A stretch of 64,000 nucleotides of DNA. Origin: Carcharhinus longimanus. Its lineage: Eukaryota. Location: positions 55,355,351-55,419,350 of the forward strand of contig JASCQW010000027.1 in NCBI GenBank assembly GCA_030264375.1, read 5' to 3'. The notes below the pieces were generated by a model. That model saw only the letters and a program-made list of their open reading frames with translations, made no database searches and was not told the origin of the DNA. A program made the position numbers and the translations under genes. Below, piece after piece: positions 37,401-49,400 of the stretch (position 1 is its first letter; the number at the start of each line of letters is the position of its first letter).

Positions 37401-40400
37401 CTGCTCTGACAGAAGGCTGGATAATCAATGGTGTATTTAGCTGGCTTTAGAGAGAGAAACAAAATCCTCAGCTGACAACATTTTTAGTGGCTCTTTTGTA
37501 AGGATAGTACATTTAAATAATTTTTAAAAATGGTTTCAGTGCTTATCTTCAGGCATCCAGGCCTCAATCCTGAACAATATTCCCAGGTGAAGCTTGTATT
37601 ATCAATCTTATGTTAGGTCTCTCTGAGGCTCACTGATGTAGGAAATCACAAAATAAGAGTTTCTGTCCCCGGTCTGCCTTTGCCCGCTTATACTCCGGGC
37701 TTCGGGCAAGTGGAAACTCAATGTGCCAGCCTAAATTGTGGCTCTTCTCGTGCACTCCTAATAGAGGTATGTCATTAGACTGGCAGAATCATCTTACAGA
37801 GAATCATGGCCTTTGACTCTTAAGATGTTCTAATAATATTAAATTAGCTTATACAGTAGCTCAAGAAAGGTAATGGAAAAGTCAATGCATCAATTGGGGG
37901 TAGGGTGTTGACATGTCTATGTCTAGCGTGGATAGACATTGGTTGTCAAATAGGAGGCAGAGAGTGGGGGTCAACGGGTGCTATTCGGATTGGCGGATGG
38001 TGACTAGTGGAGTNNNNNNNNNNNNNNNNNNNNNNNNNNNNNNNNNNNNNNNNNNNNNNNNNNNNNNNNNNNNNNNNNNNNNNNNNNNNNNNNNNNNNNN
38101 NNNNNNNNNNNNNTATTGAATGGCGGGGCAGGCTCGAAGGGCCAGATGGCCTACTCCTGCTCCTATTTCTTATGTTCTTATGTAATATGGACTCATTTTA
38201 TTCACTATTGTATTTTTATTTTTAGATCAAATTTCTCTGTCAGTGTGAGAACCCAATCTTCTCATGGACTTATATTTTATGTCGCAAATAAAGAGGAAGA
38301 CCAATTCATGGCACTTTTCATTGCCCGTGGTCACTTCATTTACTCATTCAGCAATGGTCGGGAAAAATTGAAGATAAAAACCTTAGAAAAATATAATGAT
38401 GGTCTCTGGCATAATGTAAGTCAAACAGAAATCTTCTAATAATATTTCTGATTCTTTCTGCTTTGAAACAGCATGTTACTAGTGCATAGTAATGTGCAAT
38501 CTGTTGTGATGTATAAATAAAAAAAAGCTTTTGTGTTGAGAAAATGCACTTTATTACTGTTGCAATCAGTGTGTCAGCATTTTTACTTTACTTATCAGTA
38601 TTAAGTGTATCCTTTATACTGTTGCAGTGGGGAATTTTCCCAGCCCATGATGATGGATTGGATGCATCTTCATGGGCAGTAACCCTCTTTTTCCCTTTTT
38701 TGTAAAAAAGTATTTTGTCCTAAAGCTACATTTCACCCCAGTTTCCGCTCATGTCTCAAAATATATAAGAACTAACAGAGAGAGTACTTGTTTTTATGTC
38801 AAAATATGTATATGTGTGTGTCCATGGATAATGCTAGTTTCTTACTGGCTTCATTTATCCTTGCATAAGTACCATAAAAAGGGGTAACATCACTAAAAAG
38901 ATCATTATCACATTGCTGTTTGTGGAAGCTTGCTGTATGCAAATTGTCCACTGTTTCCAACATTACAACAGTGACAACACTTCGAAAGTACTTCACTGGT
39001 TATAAAACATTTTGGTACATCATGAGCTCATGAAAGGCACAATATAAATGCAAGTCTTTCTTTTCTTATTTTTTAAGTACAGCTATATAATACACAGATA
39101 TTATCCCAGCCCAATAAAGAGCTTGTCCCTGTTCTTAATTGCAGCAATAACTTGCTACTGGGAATCAAAGATTCACGAACAAAATACCACAGGCAGCAGT
39201 CCTACACAAATCATCCAGGCCTCTCATTGGGTCCCTTAGATCATGATATTAACATTTACCCTGTTGATTTCTGAGGGGAATCTATAACTATTTAATTTTC
39301 ATAAAGTAATTTAAAACCATTCATGTAGTAATTTTCATTATGACTGTGCATTATTATTTCAGTGTCTTTTGTCAAATAGATTAGCGGTCATGGGCTCCCC
39401 CATCTAAATTATTAGCATACATATAATACTCATTTAATGAAAGTGCTGCATGTAAAGAATGTTTTAATGATATATTTAAGAGAACAGACTATATTTGCAG
39501 ATATCATTGGATTGGGTGTGCCTGTTTATCATTGCAGATTCCTTGGCAGGAACACTGAGAGAACAGGAGCCCTGGGAAAGTAGAGCATGGAGAAAGCGCT
39601 AGGGGAATGGGAGCACTGGAGAAATACAGTTCAGGCAGAGTAGGAGCCTGGAAACAAATGCCTCCAGATTCACAGAACTGTGGTTGATTCTTAAATGCCC
39701 TCGGGGATAGGAATTAAATGCTAACATAAATGTTAACAATAAATGCTAACAGCGTGGCCCACATCCCATGAATGAATAAAAAAAGCCTATGTCCTATTGC
39801 AGTTGATTAGTGTCATCCTCAGCAGTTGCCATTCCTGCTGTCTACCATCCTACAGTCTGAAAAATAATCATTTACTATGACTTGCTGTTTTCCATCCTGA
39901 AGTCGCTTTAAAACAAAATCCAATTTGACACTAACTCTCCTATTCTGAAAGCCTCAATTTTGGTGAAATTCAAATAATTGTCCTTTTTGTATTTTGATCT
40001 TATAGAGGCTACCACTCACAGTTCATCACCAAATCTCACCAGACACCAGATTAACATTAGTCTAGGCTCCCACCTCCAATTTTCCCTTCATTCCCATTTG
40101 CTGCTCAACATTTCTTGGTTGAAGCAACTTTGTGATTGACATGTGTTTCAAACCAACTAGCCTCTGTCTGGCTATATGACACAGCACTATACCTTATATC
40201 CACAAAGTCCACTAGAAAGGCCACAGATTAGATTGTATCTGGTTTTGCCAGGTCATGGTATTTCTTCAGTATTTCTTGGGAGGCTCGTTAGTCAGTGGAC
40301 CCTCACAAAAAGGCCATTGACAGAGAAGGGTTAGAACTCTGTTGCTAAGTCAAAAAAACTCTGTAGTTGCTGCTCTCAGAAGGATCTGGTGTATGACTGT

Positions 40401-43400
40401 ATATTTGTTAAAGGGGTTAAATGGGTTCCACTAAGGGACAAGCCAATTATTGTGGCCCAGATTCCTGAAGAAAAAAATATCCTTTTGACGGGACCCCCTG
40501 AATAAGGACGCCGAATGGGAGTAGTTTGAAATTATTTCCATGAAATTCCAGAATCTTGTTCCAACTGCCTGCTTTTATTTCTGTATGTGACCAGTCATGC
40601 ACTCAAATGAAGAAACCTTCCAACACTGTGACTTGCAGCAGAGATAATGGTAGAGATCACGGGCAGGTGCATCTTGACAGTTATAGTGGGATGCAAATCC
40701 TGTAATTTTTCAACCTCAACTTCACATGTAAAAGAATTGAACATAAAGAAACAGAAGAAACTTCAAATTTCAAGAAAAATTTTTAATGTGCTATGTTTAA
40801 CTCAATTCAAATCTTGTTTTTTGTTTTGTTCAGGTCGTCTTTACACATGAAAATAATAAAGGTCGTTTAATAATAGATGGTGACCACGCTTTGGAGAATA
40901 GGCTTCGCAGTCCTGTTTATCCATGGCATGTAAATGAACCATTTTATGTTGGTGGTGTGCCATTGGGAAAAGCGGCCAAAAATATTCAGGTAATTTACTC
41001 TAGCACTGCACCATGATATATAGTGGCAATGAATGGGCTGTGGCATTGGATTTATGGTTCTCAAGTACATCCTGTCTTTGCTACAGGCCAATGTGGAAGA
41101 CCATCAGCCATGTGTGTGCTTTGAAATCAAAACCTCTTTAGATAATAGAGCAGATTATCAACAATTCAGTATTATAGACAAGAAACAACTTCCACTTTGC
41201 AATGAACAGAAAATGAACCACAGCTCATCATACACCTGTGAATATACATTCTTATACATTATACATAGGCCCGCCATTATACATTCATCTGATTTTTGTT
41301 TTCATTCCATTGTCTTCAAAATTTTCAAAGCTTCATCAACATTGCTGAGACCAATTTTCTGAGAGTTTTTTTGTCTTTGAAAGGACAAGGTCATCATTGA
41401 ATTCCCTCTTTAATTCATTTTATTCTGGTGTGTCCATTGTTTAAGCTGCTCCTCCCTCACCCTGTAGTTAAGAAATCATCTTCATTGTCCAGTACAAAGA
41501 TGGAAGTGTGTGAGACATGGGGTTTACTAACTGACTTCAGAATCACTGTAATCTGATGGAAAACATCTTTGGGAAGCTAAGGCTTACCAAATGTTAAAGC
41601 ACAGAAAATGGCCATTTGTCCCATCTTGTATTTTCCTTGCATATGGGCATCTCATTCTATGCTTATCCTCCACACTTCTTGTGCATTTCAAAACATTCAC
41701 TTCAAGCAAATATTAATAAATTCTGATTCAACAGTTTGGAGCATGGAGTTTAACATCCTAATCACTATCTGTTATTGAATTTTATCAACTGTTGGCAGAT
41801 CATTGACTAATATAAAACCAACAAAACATATGAAATAGGAGCAGGACGTAGACCACTCAGCCCTTTAAGTCTGTTTTGCCATTCAATAAGATCATGACTA
41901 AGAGTGGCATATTGGACTAGTAATCGAGAGACCCAGGACAAAGCTCCGGGGACCTAAATTCAAATTCTGCCGCTACCTATGGTGAAATTTGAATTCAATA
42001 AAAAATTGGAATTAAAGGTTTAATAATGATCATGAGACCATTGTTGATTGTTGCAAAAGCCCATTTGGTTCTTTTAGGGATCTGCCTTTGTTACCTAGTT
42101 TGGCCTACATGTAATCTCCAGATCCACAGCAATGTTGTTCACTTTTAACTGCCGCCTCGAAAATTATCCTCTTTGCAGCTTGTGTACCAGTCTACTCCTG
42201 TGCTCTGAGCAATGCTCAACCCCAGCTGACTCAGCTTGACATGAACCAACCAAGGCACAAACCACTAAACCCAAAATCCAGCAAAATCTGAAAGTAGGCA
42301 CTGCCTTGGCCCTGAGGTTGTGGTTTTGGGACACTGTTGTAGGTAAATATACCTCTGATATGAATTGTGAGTCAAAGTACAGCAGTTTATTCAAAAGCTT
42401 TTGGGAGACACACCTGTCACCTAACAGCGGTTCCCCAGGCATCTCTCCAAATACAAGTTAAGAGCATATATTTATACCCCCCCTAGTTACGTATGCATCT
42501 CCTCATTCTCAGCAGTTTCCCAGGCTGTGGGTTGTCCTCCATCATGGGAACATGGCTGCCTCGGCATTTCTTCATGGTTATCTCAAGGCCACAATTGGCG
42601 TGTGTGATTAACCTTAGCTAACGTACAGGCCGACAAGACAAGTTAAACTTAACAGGTCAGTATAACAATCTATGCTCATAAGTTGTATAACATATGTATA
42701 TGTATAATATGTTAGTACATGACACATAAGCAGTATATAATAAATATATATATAAAATATATTTAGGACATGCAGGCTTCACTATATTAGGCGAAAGTCC
42801 ACAAAATTAAAGACAACATAACTACAAGCTGGGTCAACTACATTTCTAAGAGGGCTTATCATAATCTCGTGTATAATAGCAAGAGCAGCTGCCGTCTCCC
42901 TGTCTGGGTCACCTGAAACTTGTCTACAACAGCAAGGGCACTGAGCATTCTGGGCACATGAAAACAATGTTACATTTATCTGAAATATATGAAAACAGGC
43001 TGCATTTAGGCTACTGGATATTTTTCTCATTCTCTCAAGTGTTACAAAGTTCATTAACTCATTCCGTACTGCAGTTAGATATAACAATGGCAGTAGATGC
43101 ACAGGACACCACCTGCAAGTTCCCATTCCAAGCCACACACCATCCTGACTCAGAAATACATCATTAATGCTCACTCAATCATGCGATGGTGTCTCACTTC
43201 AACATTCCAAGCATATTGACAATGCAAAGTCATTATTTCTTTATTTTGCTGGGTCAAAATCCCATACCCTCCTCCTTACAGCATTGAGAGCATACTTAAA
43301 CCACGTGGACTGCAGAAAGACGAGAAAGCACTACCTTCTCAACAGCAGCTTGGAATGGGGAAAGAATGTCTCGCCTTAGCAGTGATGCCCACGTCCCATG

Positions 43401-46400
43401 AAAGAATAACAAAAAAAAGGAACTCTACATTGAGGGGAAGATCCTTTTTGGGCCTTAAACTATATTTTAATTTCAATATGTGAAGGACTGCTTGCTAACT
43501 TTGATCTATAGCATGGGGAATACAGTCTACTGCACATTCCATGCTCAGTTTAATTTATTTGCTATTTTTGTCAATTTTATAAACTAAGGAAAAGCTATCA
43601 AAAATTATCTTTAATGCGCTGTTTTATCATTCCGTCTACTACACTCCCTTGGGATTGAAGATCATAGAATCCCTACAAAGCAGAAAGAAGCCATTCAGCC
43701 CATCGAACCTGCACTGACAACAATCCTACACAGGTCCTATCCTGGTAACCCCAAGTATTTACCCTGCTAACCCCCTTGATATTAAGGGACAACTGAGCAT
43801 GGTCAAGCAGCCAAGTCTGCACATCTTTGGACTGTGGGAGGAAACCAGACCACCCAGAGGAAACCCATGCAGACATAGGGAAAACATGCAAACTCCACAC
43901 AGACAGATCTCCAAGGCCAGAATCAAACCTGGGTCGCTGGCACTGTTAGGCAGCAGTGCTAACTTTCAAGATGACCTACTTCTGTTCCAGTTTGATGGGG
44001 CGATCTGCAGACTCTGCTTGAATGGTTGCGTTGATGGGGTTTTGGGAGGTATGTGCAAGACAACTGCACCTATCCTATAGAGTGATGCGTCACAGGCAAG
44101 TTGTAACTTCAACTTTGGAGTGAAATGGACAGTAACGCTGACCTCCTTAAGACTTCCTTTACCTTTTAATAAGCCTTTCACATTATAAACAATATATCAG
44201 TTGTACTGCAGTCATCACACCCTGCTGAGTGTCAGACTTGTACATATCAGTGACATGCCAATTGTCTTTGTGGATCTTAGTCTTGAATCCTATTTGTGTG
44301 GCCTCTTTAACAGCTAGCTCTATCAACACTAATGTCTACTGCTGATTTCAGGGTCAGTGTTCTTTCCATGAGCAGCTTTTTCTGAATAGCTTCATTCTGG
44401 ATTTTACATACCAACCTATTGCAAAGAGTATCATCAAACAATGCACCAAATTTGCAATATTTAGGTAGCCTTCTGAAAGTCACCATGAACTGTGAAATGT
44501 GCCTTCCTCCTGGCATCAGTGTTGGAACCTAAATCTTTCTGCAAAATTGAGTAGTTAGGTGAGAAATGTTCCTCAAAGAATTTGTCAGTTCATTGTGGGT
44601 TTTAACTCCTGGACTAAACTTTGCAGTAAAGTTTTACACCCTATTAAACTGAGAAATATTACAACTTTTAAGTCATTTGCTTGGAGATAATATTGGAAAA
44701 TTTCTTCATATGGAGTTCTAAGTTTCTCAATCCTTATCAAATACACCCTCGGCACTACCCTTTCTCATCATTTTTAGTTATTGCTCCTGGGTTTTATACT
44801 ACTTCAGTTTCCTCCTCTTCCTAACCATGGCACAGGTTTTCTTTTCCGCAAGCTTTTCCTTTCTTCAAAGGAGTAGCTTCTCTTTAAGATCCTCTTCTTT
44901 TTTCTGTAAGTCTCTGTTCCCACAGCATGTTTTGCTTTGTTTCCTCAGAAGGAACTCTTCAAAATGCAGCTAATGGAAATACCAAAACTTACTCCAACTT
45001 ATAAATCAAAGAAAGGCTTTAATAAAGAGACATCATTACTCCAAATTTGGGACCTCACCCTGGACCAATCCAAGCTCACCACAATTTTACATAGTTCCTT
45101 ATTTATAGTGAATCAGCTGGTCAGCTGACTATTACATCCCTCTGCAATTGGTTCCATGGTTTACTGGGTCAGCTGACCCTTACGTCTTGTTCCCATTGGT
45201 CACATTACATCCAATACAAAGTTGTCACTTGTTACATTCTAACACGCTTCATCACATGTGCGGTGGAATTCTACCCACTTTACGAAACAGAATTTAAGTT
45301 TGACCTTTGTTTCATTCTTACTTATGGTTTCCTTTTCTTTTCAAGTCTTTTTGTAGTGTATCAGAAGTTCTTTTCCTTGCTTTTGATTGACTTTTCAATT
45401 GAAAATGTTGGATTTTCCCTTCCTTAAATTTGGTTGAAAAAATGATTTCTCTGGCTGCCAATTTCTTCCAGCAGCTATTACAGAGAAAAAGGTAATGAGG
45501 CACCACACCAGTGGATTGGAGTAAAAGCTGATGCAGTTTTATTAAGAAGGTGCTGCTTATTCCAGGTTAAGAGGAAAGAGCTGCAAAAGCCCATGAAGCT
45601 CTCTGTGTATGTCACTACAGATCATATGATATATCAGAACAGATGGACTTCACACCACTTCAAATACATAACATGCTCTCTATACAGTATTAGTCTGTCC
45701 TGTATGGTTAGTTCATCTCTGATAGCGAAGAATCTCTGGAGTCATGGGAAAACTCACTCGAGGACTCTGGTCAGTCCCTTATGATGACATGCTAAAGCTG
45801 TTTGCTTGTGATATCCATCTATCAGACATCTTTGAGTTTCTGGATTCTATGAGAGGATAACACTGTCAAGATGTCTGTGTTTTCTTGATAATCTGCCTGG
45901 TCTGCAGCGGCTCTCAAAGGGCAATAGCCAGGTACCATTCCTTGCCATGTTTGTAGATGATGCTGAGGTTGTAATGTTGTAACTTTAGCATCATGAGCTG
46001 CAGTTGTGCAGACACAGTGTGAAGAAAGAGTCTGTTTCAGGATGGTTCNNNNNNNNNNNNNNNNNNNNNNNNNNNNNNNNNNNNNNNNNNNNNNNNNNNN
46101 NNNNNNNNNNNNNNNNNNNNNNNNNNNNNNNNNNNNNNNNNNNNNNNNCACCTGAAACTTGTGTACAACAGCAAGGGCACTGAGCAGTCTGGGCACACGA
46201 AAACAAAGTTACATTTATCTGAAATTTATGAAATATATGCATCTAGACTATAAACAGGCTTCATCTAGGCTACTGTATATTTTTTCTCATTCTCTCAAGT
46301 ATTACAAAGTTCATTAACTCATTCCCTACTATAGACACTATACTTCTACTTTTAAATTATTTATTCAGTTTCAAATAGAATGAAGTTGGGAGTCTAAAGG

Positions 46401-49400
46401 ATTGCTAATGAGCATTTCTACCTGGATACAAGGCTCATGTGATTCATATTGCATGGCTTTGGACTTAGAGAGGGGAAGTATTGATTGGAAGCCATTGTAG
46501 GATTGGCTTATCAGTTAACGGGAAAATGACTTGCAGCCTATATAATGGAAAAAGCTTCACTGAACACCTCCTGCACCATACTCAGTGAATGCTGCACTAC
46601 AGTGTAACAAAGTACAATATATTGATTTGAACATCTGGTGATAATGCAAATAATTGCATATTCTCTTTTCTCAGATCAAATCAGTCCAAAGTTTTAACGG
46701 TTGTCTTCAGAACTTCCAGCTAAATCGGCAGCGGCTTTCACCAGCCGCCCAGACGTTTGGTGTTACTCCTTGTTTTGAAGGTCGAACTGAACCTGGAACA
46801 TACTTTTCCCCAGAAGGAGGATATGTGATTTTGGGTAAGTCAGACATCTTGTAACATTCCTCACTTTATAGGGATAAGTAATGTAGTCATTTCAAAGTCA
46901 ACTGAAAATGGTGGCTGGGTTTTCCACTCCTGTTCTCTTTTTTGTGGGCTTGACAACAGGAGTGGAAAATCTCATGAGAAGCTCAAATTGCAGTTCATGC
47001 TGATATAAAAGTGTTGATGCATTTGTCTCTGCCTCCATAATGGGTTTCCCAATGCACAATATCAGGAACATCATTTTCATACATTAACTTTTCATTATCG
47101 GGCCTCTAAGCCTGAATCATCGTTGCCACACCCCTCCCCCTGCATAAGAAAGTCCATTCATGTTGGCGTGAGGGCAGAAAAATATGAATCATGACTGCTG
47201 TCCCAAGGCATGCATCTGGTGAATAGACCTCCCACAAGAGTTCAGGCAAGCTTAGAGAGACAGGCCCTGGCACTACGCAGTGCCAAGGGTCATTGGCCTG
47301 GTCAGTGCTGAGGGGATTGCAAGGAGGGGTAGTGTGTGTGGTGGTGGGGGGGTGGTTCCTGGTTAGCCTTTGTACACTGGGGTGGCCTTTAAAAATGAGT
47401 CTGCCTGGGCCCCTTGCCATTTTTGTTTCCTAACTCTGAGGCGTTACAACAGAGAAAGCCTCCTGAAGACTGCTTTTCCCAGCAGCTATCAAACTTTGCC
47501 AATATTTGGGAAAATTCAGCCTGGTTTCTTTGGGAGATTATAAAACAAATGTTATTCACAAGGTGTGTCTTTAATCAGTAAATCAAAAGTGGTTTAAAAA
47601 ATCCCAGGCAAAATCGTTACATCTCAGAACTGATGGACACAAGGCTTACCTCATCATTTAAGGGGAGGCGATGGTGTAATAGTATTATCGCTAGACTATT
47701 AATCCAGGAACTCAACTAATGTTCTAGGGAGAGGACCTAGGTTCGAATCCCACCACGAGAGATGGTGGAATTTGAATTCAATAAAAAATTGAAAATCTAC
47801 TGATGACTATCAAACCATTGTTGATTGTCTGAAAAATCCATCTGGTTCATTAATGTCCTTTAGGGAAGGAAATCTGCCTTCCTGAGCTGCTCTAGCTACA
47901 TATGAGACCAGAGTCACAGCAATGTGGTTGACTCTCAACTGCCATTAGAGGGCAACTAGGGATGGGCAATAAATGCTGGCCAGCCAGCAACACCCATGTC
48001 ACATGAAAGAATAAAAAACTTGGAAACTTGATAAAAGGGAAATTAAACATAATGCCAAATTGCTATTTCAGCATAAGTGATGCATAATTTGTTATTGTGT
48101 AATAATCAGAATTTTTGTACTTGATTTTCAGATGATTCATTCAATTTAGGATTACGATTTGAACTTGTGTTTGAAGTTCGTGCTAGAAATCATTCAGGAA
48201 TACTGTTGCATATTCATAGTTACAATCGGAAATATCTGAATCTCTTCATGGAAAATGGAAAGGTAAGGGAGTAAAAAGCAAATCTGGGCAAATGTTCCTC
48301 TCGCTGTGCAGGCTGGATTATCTAGGCTAGGTGTAAAGCAGAGATAAGGGTCGAGCAGCAAAAGTTGTGTTACAGTAATGGAGCCAGCCTGGTTTCCAGC
48401 CCATTAATTTAGAGACGCTTCCCTGTTTCTGGCAAGTTTTCATTCTGAATTTTATTTCATTGCAGGTTAAATTAAAAGTCAGTAATGGAACTGCGGAGTT
48501 CGAAACATCAGTCACTCCAAAGCAAAGCCTGTGCGATAGTCGATGGCACAGAATAGCAGGTAATGGTCGTTTTAATTAAGTCACTAATATCCATTTACAA
48601 GTTTTCTACTGAACTCTTAAGAACATTATACATTCAAAAAGCTATTAGGTTATAGCTGCAATGATCAGAATTAGGGCAGAATTACTTCTGCTGTCATTGG
48701 CAATGATTAAATTTGAGTTAATTCATTCAGTCACAAACTCAGTTTCCATTTTTGTGATGTCCAATCATTTAAGATTTACTGATTCTTCTTTATTTTGTGT
48801 TCATCAAAGTAAAGGCCATTGATTCTGTGAAATGGGGCACTTGCTATTTCAGACACCTGGTGTTAAGCATTAGAACACAATTAACAGTCAAATAAAGATT
48901 TTTGTAAATTCTGGCTAATAATATAACTGAGTCTGAACCTCATCAGAGCATATCCCAATGGAGCAATTTCCAAGCTTTTTGTCTTTGTTGGCTATGAGAG
49001 TTGTCTATATTTTGTAACTCTTCACTTTAGAGAAAATATTGGAGTGTGAAGTTGTGGAATGATTTGCAGATTTATTCGCAGGTTGACTGATCTACTTCCA
49101 TGGCTGACCTACATGGGTGTTAACTATTGATCCAATAGGGACAAATATAGAGCTTGATTCTACTAACTTACATCTATCTCAAGTTGCTGTCAGTATCAGA
49201 CATTGATAATCTGATTTAGGATTTATCAAGGAGGCAACTGTGCCAAAACAGTTCTTTTCAAACTTTAAGGCTCACAAAGTTCAAATGACACAAATAATAA
49301 CAGAGGAAATGCAAGTAAAGATGAGATTAAATTAGATGGACTTGATGGGTGAAGGCTGAGGCATCATAAATGGCCAGATTTTGGGCACTTCTTTGCTAAT

